IMG/VR virus record: IMGVR_UViG_3300025395_000007
DNA: 64,000 nucleotides
Source of the DNA: a virus
Strand: one strand, 5' to 3'
In this document: positions 19,101 to 27,098 of the stretch, piece after piece
How the letters are laid out: each line of letters opens with the position of its first letter
Position numbering within the stretch: position 1 is the first letter of the stretch
The notes under the pieces: generated by a model
What the model was told of the DNA's origin: nothing
Databases searched by the model: none
The model's input: only the letters and a program-made list of their open reading frames with translations
Position numbers and translations under genes: made by a program

Positions 19101-19480
19101 ACGAAGGTAATTGGTCTTCGACTAATGGTTTCTTAAATTCAGATAAATACATTCAAGACAGTTATTTTTATCAAGATTATTCGTATCAAATTCGAGCTGC
19201 TATTACGCTCGATAAATACAAAGATATATTATATAACACATTTCACTCGGCTGGTTCTGAATTATTTGGTGATTTTTATCTCATAGATAATGAAAAATCT
19301 TTGGCTGTATTAGAATTTGAAACTTACAATGCTGTTATAGGTATTACTTCTGATAGCACTTACTATACTTCAGATATGACAGGGATTACCTCTGATATGT
19401 TTGTTAACTATGGATTGACTTCGGATATTTCAACTATTACTTCTGATAGTACTTTGTATACATCAGATAACACATGTTAA
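16124..19480 (+). CDS. gp7: baseplate wedge initiator (gp7-like)
   Basis: F.KAYYEWME, YRDIDNT, YRSKGS..LLFKLIYG, IQDSYFYQDYSYQIR, H.AG..LFG; follows gp6. Confidence 0.75.
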   Translation: MQFSIEKKISNFIENQFPRFYQEEGDNFILFAKAYYEWMESNNPLVDSSNNVILNSDYTSLMPPIYGARNLLDYRDIDNTLDAFLDHFQKKYLYGIPFDVIVNKRYLLKHILDVYRSKGSIQCYKLLFKLIYGQDVDVYLPSEDMLKISDGTWTQPRYLEVNDNGSLSSYVGQTIVGVTSGTTAIIEDLVRNAINRGITCNLALSNISPVGGYFIKGEKIIIQNQNTPEDIAAAPVVLGSLDYLNIINGGQNYNVGDVLKIAQYDPTTNKIVSSGTNGRLRVTSVSRQQGSIAFNIISGGFGYIANANIFFYKGDGDTTGNGASFQLGSLSYLQNINYNTDLICDYLSKAINSSTYALPGNAAANSTAQIVPSLKYTTSTFGSIATLANTSSGNGYTQTPYVFVRSTQLSKTLPGTVNISTSSNTITGTSTKFKTYFANGDVIALQANSTVIDYQIIRTVTSDTSILLYGPSKYSNTVATVKAAPVILPSNFSIYSPLMARSDNTIDGKNEIISANPSAGNNIVKTVTAIGSGKGYIDNELVKAYRYNALTIPVIANGGNNYSNNDSLSFSSVDNITVGNGYVTTNATGGITAVIMNSLGSGYIQAPTVTVNSNNRLIVSNVTNNSTSTGYSNTDYITFSNNSLNAPYITAAGSHYSNNDSLTISGTAYATPASGHILTNNTGGVTSVILDNIGSGYLVAPSITVSSNTQQYISALAINGNTVGYSNSDYITISNTQNQFYSGNASITTDSTGKITAVTVSNTGLFKSTQANSGLVLTVTNFYGGESSGFGLGYSSFKGYISANTLTVVDMQTALASYYSDIVIGQRVSGPGVTSNTSITAFVSGSGGVGTYTLNKSQTVGSSGTPINMISTNLTAGLSNATAPSGASIGVTISSNNQFYSGNASITTDSSGKITSVAVSNTGLFSNNQSISGLAVTIANSIGGSSAGSGANISFSLSNTAGGSGAILTTFVQEYDTTSSIQGFVVKNGVGRDEGNWSSTNGFLNSDKYIQDSYFYQDYSYQIRAAITLDKYKDILYNTFHSAGSELFGDFYLIDNEKSLAVLEFETYNAVIGITSDSTYYTSDMTGITSDMFVNYGLTSDISTITSDSTLYTSDNTC
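18335..18899 (+). repeat. 88-nt imperfect direct repeat within gp7-like gene (18335-18422 and 18812-18899)
   Basis: Both copies encode NQFYSGNASITTDS.GKIT.V.VSNTGLF. Confidence 0.85.
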
Positions 19481-19500
19481 ACTAAGGATATAGGAAAAAG

Positions 19501-21543
19501 ATGGCTCAGGCAAATATTAGTATTGGAACAAATCCAAATGATGGTACAGGTACTCCACTTCGTACTGCAATGGGGTATATTCAAAATAACTTTACTGAAT
19601 TTTATTCAGTAATTACACCTACACCACTTGCTGGTAATAATGCCTCATTTGCTAATAATATTACAGTCGCTGCAAATGTTAATTCCAATAACCTTTTTGC
19701 CAATACTAAACTTCAAGTTGGATCTTCGTCAGGATATAATTTTGGATCTCTTGCTGTTATTGAAATTGACGCCAATCAAAATACTTATGTTCAAAGCGTT
19801 ATTCAAAATGCTAACTCTGGAACACAGGCTTCTGGTGATCTTATAATCACTGCTGATACTGGTAATGATTCATTTGGATATATCGATCTTGGTATTAATA
19901 GTTCTACATATTCTAATGCAAGTTATAATATCGGCGGCGCATTGGATGGTTATCTTTATTCATCAAATAGTAATTTACTTATTGGTACTGCTTCTGCAAA
20001 AGAAGTTGTGTTCCATGCTAATGGTACATTATCGACTAATAGAATTTTTACAATTAATGCAACTGCAGTAACTATCGCCAATGGCGCAGCATTGGTCGCC
20101 AATGGTTCTACTGGTACTGCTGGGTATTATCTTACTTCAAATGGCACTGGCGTTTATTGGTCTTCAGAAGCCTTCCTTGGTGCTAACCAAGCCGCGCAGT
20201 ATACTTGGTCAAACACCCAAACTTTTCAAAATACAATTACATTTAGTAGCATTCTTAATGCCAATACAATTAATGCTACTAATACATTCAATACTGCGTC
20301 AGGTTCTGGTGGAACTACTAGCGGTATTACCATTACGAATACAAATATTTCAATTGGTAATAGCTCAGTAAATACTTCTACTAACTCAACTCACTTCTTC
20401 TCTGGTAACTCAACTGTTTATGGGCTTGGTAATAATACATCAGAGGTTCTTGTAAATCCTACAGGTAATCTTTCCCTTACCGCTGTTTCGATAAATTTAG
20501 TTAATGCTTCAGCAAACGTGTTAGTTGCTAATCTTAGCGGTTTATATGTTAATGCGGCTGTTAATGCCACTTCTCATACCGCTGGTAGTAATGCTGTATT
20601 CAATAGCACAAACCTATTATATACTGGTAATACCACACTTCAACCAACTGTTACCTTGTCTAATACTGGAGCGTTCAGTATTGGTAATAGTAGCACTACT
20701 CAAACTACTTCAATTATTACAGTTGCTAACTCTGTGGGTAATATCGCCATTACTCCTATTTCTATTACATTAGCTAACACAACCCAGCCGTTCTTTGTTG
20801 CTAATAGTACAGCTGCAACTGCATATAATAAAGTGCAAATTGGTAACAATGCGTTAAATCCATACTCATATGGTACTGCAGCGGCTATTGAAATTGATTT
20901 GACTTCTAACGGATTCGTTCAGGTTGTTATTCAAAATGCTAACTCTCAGTTAAATGCCTCTTCTGACCTTGTTGCTGCAGCAGATAGCGGTAACGACGTA
21001 AGTAACTATGTGGATCTTGGTATTAATAGTTCTACATATTCTAATGCAAGTTATAATATCGGTGGTGCATTAGATGCATATCTTTACGCTTCTAACGGTG
21101 CATTAACTATTGGTACTGCTTCTGTCAAAGACGTCGTTATCCATGCTGGTGGTACAACGACTACTAATAGAATTCTTACTGTTAATACAAGCGGTGTTAC
21201 TGTAAATACTTCTTCTAACCTTACTGTTTTATCAAATACATTTAACCTTGGTACTTCAAACGTTTCTGGGCATACAACTTATGGTGCAGGTGGTTATACA
21301 TATCTACCAAACGGTTTGAAAATGATATTTGGAGCAATTACAACTGCTAACTCTACAGCTAACGTCATATCGTTTTCTGCACAAAGTGGTGTTTCATTTA
21401 CATCAAATTGTTACTCGCTAACGCTAACTTCAAACGCTGTGGCTTCTGTTGCAGCTGCATATACAGTTAATGCTACTAGCTTTACATTAATAACAAATAG
21501 TGCTACTTCATCGACTGTATCATTTATGGCGATTGGTATTTAA
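19501..21543 (+). CDS. baseplate-attached fibre protein (gp9/gp10-like N-terminus, lectin-like C-terminal domain)
   Basis: N-terminal ISIGTNPNDGTGTPLRTA..IQNNFTEFY; duplicated internal module; C-terminal GYTYLPNGL..FG..MAIG. Confidence 0.7.
   Translation: MAQANISIGTNPNDGTGTPLRTAMGYIQNNFTEFYSVITPTPLAGNNASFANNITVAANVNSNNLFANTKLQVGSSSGYNFGSLAVIEIDANQNTYVQSVIQNANSGTQASGDLIITADTGNDSFGYIDLGINSSTYSNASYNIGGALDGYLYSSNSNLLIGTASAKEVVFHANGTLSTNRIFTINATAVTIANGAALVANGSTGTAGYYLTSNGTGVYWSSEAFLGANQAAQYTWSNTQTFQNTITFSSILNANTINATNTFNTASGSGGTTSGITITNTNISIGNSSVNTSTNSTHFFSGNSTVYGLGNNTSEVLVNPTGNLSLTAVSINLVNASANVLVANLSGLYVNAAVNATSHTAGSNAVFNSTNLLYTGNTTLQPTVTLSNTGAFSIGNSSTTQTTSIITVANSVGNIAITPISITLANTTQPFFVANSTAATAYNKVQIGNNALNPYSYGTAAAIEIDLTSNGFVQVVIQNANSQLNASSDLVAAADSGNDVSNYVDLGINSSTYSNASYNIGGALDAYLYASNGALTIGTASVKDVVIHAGGTTTTNRILTVNTSGVTVNTSSNLTVLSNTFNLGTSNVSGHTTYGAGGYTYLPNGLKMIFGAITTANSTANVISFSAQSGVSFTSNCYSLTLTSNAVASVAAAYTVNATSFTLITNSATSSTVSFMAIGI
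19885..21062 (+). repeat. 50-nt exact direct repeat (19885-19934 and 21013-21062)
   Basis: GATCTTGGTATTAATAGTTCTACATATTCTAATGCAAGTTATAATATCGG occurs twice. Confidence 0.9.
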
Positions 21544-21552
21544 GGAATAATA

Positions 21553-23079
21553 ATGGGTAATCTTTTACCGAATTTTACAAAAAATATTATCGAAGAGATA
21601 AACAATAGTATCTCTTCGAATACATCGCAATATTATGCATTTGCTTCATTTTCTGCCAATACACCATCTTTGACAGAAGATCAAATGTTTGTCAATGAAT
21701 GGCAATTAATATTTGGTAAACAATTAAATTCAGGTAATTTTCTTCCTGTTATATCAAATATAATTTGGACATCTAATACTGTATATTCAATATACGACAA
21801 TCATATTGATTTATCAAATACTAATTTTTATGCAGCCGCACAAACTGTAGGTTATTATCATATCTATAAATGTATGGATAATGCAAATGGAAGCCCATCA
21901 ATTTCTAATCCAAGCGCCATAGCTTTACCTACACAAACCTCTACTTTTCAAACAGCTGATAACTATAAGTGGAAATATATAACTTCCATTACCAATGCAG
22001 TTTATAATAGATTTGCAACTGATGTGCATATGCCGATCTATTCCAATGTTAGTGTGGTTTCTTCAGCTGCTGAAAATAGTGGCGTTGATAATATACTAAT
22101 TTCTAATGGCGGTTTCTATAATACGTACCACAATGGAATTGTACAGGGTGGCAATTCATCAATTATTCAGGTAGCTGCTAGTGCAAATACAACCCTTGGT
22201 TATTATAATAATAACTCTATCTATTTGTATAATTCAGGCTCACCTACTACATCCCAGTTATTTCAAATCGCTAATTACTTTTCCAACAGTTCTGGTAATT
22301 GGGTTGTACCTAATAGCAGTGTTAATTCTGCTTCTGTTACAGCTGGTGTTACAAGTTATAGTATCTCCCCTTCTATCATAATTCAAACAGATGGTACAAT
22401 TCAGCCTCTTGCTTATTCAGTAATTAATGCATCTTCTAATAGTATTTCTAATGCAATTATCATTAATAGTGGATCAAATATAACTTGGGCTAATGTTAGT
22501 GTTTTTGGTAATCCAAGTTATGGTGGTTCGGGTGCTAATCTTCAAGCTATTGTTCCTCCTCCAGGAGGTCATGGTTATGATCCTGTAACAGAATTATATG
22601 CTAAAGGTATAGGTGTATACTTTACATTCTCCAATACAGAATCAGCAACTATACCAACAAATGTTTTATATAATGGCGTAGGTATAGCTAAAAATCCATA
22701 TGGTATGAATACTTCTACAGGCGTAATATCTTCTGTTATAGATACAAATACTTTTAGTGCATATTTAAATGCTAGTTTTGTTACACCATTATCTTCAACA
22801 CTATATACAGTTGGTGATACTGTAACAGGTAATACTTCAGGTGCAGTGGGCACTGTTGTATTTTGTAACACATCGACAATTTATTTAACAGGCGATAAAT
22901 ATTTTGTAAATGGTGAATATATTGTTAACAGTGGGAAAACTTTAGTTGCACAAACTACCATAAATACATTAGGTAGTGTATATACTAAGAATTTTAAACC
23001 TTTCTATGTTCAATCAGTTAGCACAGTTTCGAGATCTAATACTCAAAATGAAGCATTTAAATTGATAATTCAAATTTAA
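21553..23079 (+). CDS. gp8: baseplate wedge subunit (gp8-like)
   Basis: WTSNTVYSIYD, IYKCMDNANGSPS, TADNYKWKYI, PPPGGHGYDP..EL, R..Q.E.FKLII. Confidence 0.85.
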   Translation: MGNLLPNFTKNIIEEINNSISSNTSQYYAFASFSANTPSLTEDQMFVNEWQLIFGKQLNSGNFLPVISNIIWTSNTVYSIYDNHIDLSNTNFYAAAQTVGYYHIYKCMDNANGSPSISNPSAIALPTQTSTFQTADNYKWKYITSITNAVYNRFATDVHMPIYSNVSVVSSAAENSGVDNILISNGGFYNTYHNGIVQGGNSSIIQVAASANTTLGYYNNNSIYLYNSGSPTTSQLFQIANYFSNSSGNWVVPNSSVNSASVTAGVTSYSISPSIIIQTDGTIQPLAYSVINASSNSISNAIIINSGSNITWANVSVFGNPSYGGSGANLQAIVPPPGGHGYDPVTELYAKGIGVYFTFSNTESATIPTNVLYNGVGIAKNPYGMNTSTGVISSVIDTNTFSAYLNASFVTPLSSTLYTVGDTVTGNTSGAVGTVVFCNTSTIYLTGDKYFVNGEYIVNSGKTLVAQTTINTLGSVYTKNFKPFYVQSVSTVSRSNTQNEAFKLIIQI

Positions 23080-23092
23080 TTAGGGAAAAGAA

Positions 23093-26000
23093 ATGCCAAT
23101 TAATACTAATTTAGATGTAGCACCCTATTATGACGATTTTAATGCAAATAATGAATATTATCGAATTTTGTTTAGACCTTCAACAGCTGTACAAGCTCGC
23201 GAACTAACTCAAATACAATCTATCCTCCAAAATCAAATTGAAAACTTTGGTAACTGGGCATTTAAAAATGGCAACATCGTTTCTGGTTGCGCTATTCATG
23301 ATGACCCAAATGTACCATTCGTTCGCCTTCAAGATTATCAAAGCAATGGTGCGTCTTATGATGCAACGTCTTTTGCTAATTTACAGGTTGTCAGCGCTGT
23401 TTCAAACCTTACAGCTACAATCATCGTAAGTAATTCAGGTTTAACTGCGAACTATCCTAATACCAATGTTATCTATCTAAGATATATTAATACTGGTAAC
23501 AATGGCGCCAAAGTATTTTCTAATAACGAAATTTTAAATTTTTACGTCAATCCAAGAACAGGCAATAACGTAGCTGATATAGTAGCTATTGTTAATACAT
23601 ATGCTAATTCTACATCTGGTCAACTTACAACTGGCGCTGCTCATGGTATCCATGTTGACGCAGGTGTAGTTTTCCTCAATGGTGTTTTTGTTAATGTTCT
23701 TCAACCAACATATGGTCTTGTAAATAATTTTGGAACTTATGCAGGTAACAACGTAGTTGGGTTCCAACTAACAGAATCAATAGTAACTGAAAATCAAGAT
23801 TCATCTTTACTTGATAATGCTCTTGGATATCCAAATGAAAATGCTCCAGGTGCACATCGTTTAAAATTACTTCCAACTCTTGTTTCTTTAGATACATCAA
23901 ATAGCTCGACTAATACTAGCGGCTTCAATCCAATTGTTACATATAATTATGGTGCAATAAGCACCACATCAGTTGCTGGTCAAAATCTATATTCAATTCT
24001 TAACGATTCAATCGCCAAAAGAACTTATGAAACTTCAGGTAACTACGTAGTTAATCCATTCGTCGTTGATACAACTACAAATGGTCCTTCTGCATTAACA
24101 CCTGATTTGGTTTACGGTAGAGTAAATCCAGGTGTTGGATATGCCGAAGGTTATAGAGTAGAACTTCAAAAAACTCAGTACATTACTATGCGTAGAGGTA
24201 ATGATACTAATTCTAAATTAGAACAACAGATCACATTCAATTATGGTAGTTATTTTCTATTAGATGAAGTTGCAGGTGATTTCGGATTTAATACTGCAGG
24301 AACAATTTCTTTATATGATACACCCCAATTTTCTGTTACTAAAAGATTATTTGCATCTGCAACACCAGTAGGCAATGTCATCGGTACTGCTCAAGTTAGA
24401 TGTTTCTCATATAATGATGATAAAACACAAGGGTCCAATACTGCATTATATGCACTTCATGTGTTTAATATTAATATGAACAGTGGCAATGGTTATAACC
24501 TTAGTCAAGTTCAGTCTGTATATTACAATGCAGGTGGCATTAAGGGTATTGGCGACGTTGTTGGTAGCGGTATCAATAATGCTTCTACTAAAGATCAACT
24601 TTTTAGTTTCGGTGATGTTGGCTTACAATCTTTAAGAGATTCAAGTAACAACTTACATTCTGAGTATACATATAGAACTCGTGTAAGCACCCAAATGAAC
24701 ACTGTTGGTGATTCAACAATTACACTTCCTTCTTCTGCAGCTGGTGGTATTGATATTTTACCATATGGTACTGGTATATTAACTGATTTAAATGCAGCTA
24801 ATTTTACTCTTATTGTTACTGGTGCTAATACTGATACTGCAAATTTCTCAGGAACTGTGAGCGTCAACGCTACAAGTAATGTTGTGACAGGTACTAGCAC
24901 TTCTTTCATAATTAACTTTAATATTGGAGATCAAATTAAAGTTAATCAAGGCACAGCAACAGATGTAAGAACTGTTACTTCTATCGTTAATACTACTTCA
25001 TTGTCTGTTGATAATCCATTTTCAACGACCAATGGTACAGCTACATATGCAAAAACATACATAACTGGTAAAATTATACCAATCAATCAGTATCCTGCTG
25101 CGTATGGTGGACCTTCTTCATATATACAAGTAACAAATACTACTTCATTTTCGGTTAATACTTTAGAAGCTCCAAGCACTCCAGTTAATGTTGATGTTGT
25201 ATTTGATGTATTAAGAACATTTGCTACTCCAGCTAAAAAAGTTATCAATAAAAATCGTTTTGTTAAATTAGATACATCATTAAATCCAAATGGACCATGG
25301 TGTTTAGGGTTTAGTGATATACACCAAGTTAGTTTGGTAACAGGTTCATCTACTGCAAGTTATTCTCTTACTAATCAAGATATAACTTCTAATTTCGTAT
25401 TTGATACAGGTCAAAAAGATACTAGATACAGCCTAGGATACCTATACCCTGCAGCTGGTTACAATACATCAGCTAACCCATATCTATTAGTTCAGTTAGA
25501 TTATTTCACAACTAACACCGCTTCAGGTACAGGTTTCTATAGTGTTGAATCATATCCTGTAAATGATGGACTTCCTGGATTTGTTACTGTTTCTTCTGGT
25601 TCTACTGCAGTTGTTGGTAATAATACTACATTTACATCTTCGTTTATTGTTGGTGATTTAATCGAAATAGATTCGACATTTAGAACTGTTGCAAGTATAG
25701 CTAATTCTACATACATGACTATTAATACCCCATTTAATAATAGTTATACAAATGTTTCTTATTATAATGCTACTACTATACAAACTAAAGATATACCTCT
25801 TTATGTTGACGAAGGTGGCAAAAAAATATCACTAAGAGATTATGTAGATTTTAGACTTCCTGCAAATAGTAATGCTACTGATACAGGTAAATGTGACACT
25901 TCAAATTCAGCTCAGTTAACAGCCGCTATTGGTGCTGCTAGTACTAATCCTTCAAATACTGTTGCATATAATGTCTATACAACATTAAATGTACCATCAT

Positions 26001-27070
26001 ATGGTAAAAATTTCCAATCTGATTATACATATTATCTACCAAGAAAAGATTTGATAATGATGACATCAGATAATGTAATTAAGATTAAAGAAGGTCATCC
26101 AAGTGATTCGCCACAAACTCCATTGTATCCAGATAATGCGATGGTTCTTGCCACTATAAATGTACCTCCATATCCTTCATTATCTTCTGACCAACTTGAT
26201 ACATTGTTATCGATAAATCAACTTTCTAAAAATCTAACCAGAGATAATTCTCATGGTATATCTATCAATTTAGTTTCAAATCGTAGATATACTATGAAGG
26301 ATATTGGTAAGTTAGATTCTAGAATTACCAATCTTGAATACTATCAGGCTCTTTCTCTATTGGAGAAAAAAGCTACTGATATGAATGTCACAGATTCAAA
26401 TGGTCTTAATAGATTTAAAAATGGTATTTTCGTTGATGCATTTAATGACTTTACTCAAAGCGACGTAACAAATCCAGAATATTCTATAGCTATCGATACT
26501 ACAAGTGGCTTTGCTAGACCTAGAATTGTTCGTGAAATTGTTAATATTCAATTCAATGGTGGTATATCAAGTGCACAACAAACAGGGCGTGCAGTTTCTC
26601 TACCTTACACTGAAGTAGCATTTATGGCTCAACCGTTTGCTACTAAATATAGAAGTTCCGCCCACGTTTCTATGGCTTGGAACGGTACTTGTTTAGCTAT
26701 TCCTGCATATGATAATCATGTTGATACTAATAATACTGGATCAATTAATATTACTGTTGACCTATCTACTCCATGGAAAGATTTCGCTCAAAGCCCATTT
26801 GGATCTATTTGGAATGATTGGGCTACAACAACTTCAACTACTACTAATACTGTTGTTACTAATAGCGGTGCACCTATTTCTAATGTCAATCTTGGATTTA
26901 TTGGTACATTTACAGGTGGTGGTGGCGGTCAAAACCCAACGACTGAAAAAGAAGCTGAAACTGCTGCATTAGCGTTAATACATGCAAAGTATGGTAATAA
27001 TGTTACTATTGGTGCATTATCGTTAAAGCATGGCAGTGACGCCCCAGTTGTAATTGCCCCACCATTTTAA
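23093..27070 (+). CDS. large virion structural protein, VrlC/DUF4815-like, N-terminal part
   Basis: PYYDDF..YYRILFRP..AVQARELTQIQSILQNQ, NENAPGAHRLK, RTYETSGNY.V, RRYTMKDIGKL..RI.NLEYY..LSLLE, RFKNGIFVD.F. Confidence 0.85.
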   Translation: MPINTNLDVAPYYDDFNANNEYYRILFRPSTAVQARELTQIQSILQNQIENFGNWAFKNGNIVSGCAIHDDPNVPFVRLQDYQSNGASYDATSFANLQVVSAVSNLTATIIVSNSGLTANYPNTNVIYLRYINTGNNGAKVFSNNEILNFYVNPRTGNNVADIVAIVNTYANSTSGQLTTGAAHGIHVDAGVVFLNGVFVNVLQPTYGLVNNFGTYAGNNVVGFQLTESIVTENQDSSLLDNALGYPNENAPGAHRLKLLPTLVSLDTSNSSTNTSGFNPIVTYNYGAISTTSVAGQNLYSILNDSIAKRTYETSGNYVVNPFVVDTTTNGPSALTPDLVYGRVNPGVGYAEGYRVELQKTQYITMRRGNDTNSKLEQQITFNYGSYFLLDEVAGDFGFNTAGTISLYDTPQFSVTKRLFASATPVGNVIGTAQVRCFSYNDDKTQGSNTALYALHVFNINMNSGNGYNLSQVQSVYYNAGGIKGIGDVVGSGINNASTKDQLFSFGDVGLQSLRDSSNNLHSEYTYRTRVSTQMNTVGDSTITLPSSAAGGIDILPYGTGILTDLNAANFTLIVTGANTDTANFSGTVSVNATSNVVTGTSTSFIINFNIGDQIKVNQGTATDVRTVTSIVNTTSLSVDNPFSTTNGTATYAKTYITGKIIPINQYPAAYGGPSSYIQVTNTTSFSVNTLEAPSTPVNVDVVFDVLRTFATPAKKVINKNRFVKLDTSLNPNGPWCLGFSDIHQVSLVTGSSTASYSLTNQDITSNFVFDTGQKDTRYSLGYLYPAAGYNTSANPYLLVQLDYFTTNTASGTGFYSVESYPVNDGLPGFVTVSSGSTAVVGNNTTFTSSFIVGDLIEIDSTFRTVASIANSTYMTINTPFNNSYTNVSYYNATTIQTKDIPLYVDEGGKKISLRDYVDFRLPANSNATDTGKCDTSNSAQLTAAIGAASTNPSNTVAYNVYTTLNVPSYGKNFQSDYTYYLPRKDLIMMTSDNVIKIKEGHPSDSPQTPLYPDNAMVLATINVPPYPSLSSDQLDTLLSINQLSKNLTRDNSHGISINLVSNRRYTMKDIGKLDSRITNLEYYQALSLLEKKATDMNVTDSNGLNRFKNGIFVDAFNDFTQSDVTNPEYSIAIDTTSGFARPRIVREIVNIQFNGGISSAQQTGRAVSLPYTEVAFMAQPFATKYRSSAHVSMAWNGTCLAIPAYDNHVDTNNTGSINITVDLSTPWKDFAQSPFGSIWNDWATTTSTTTNTVVTNSGAPISNVNLGFIGTFTGGGGGQNPTTEKEAETAALALIHAKYGNNVTIGALSLKHGSDAPVVIAPPF

Positions 27071-27098
27071 TAATTTTTATGTTTTTTAGGAGATAATT

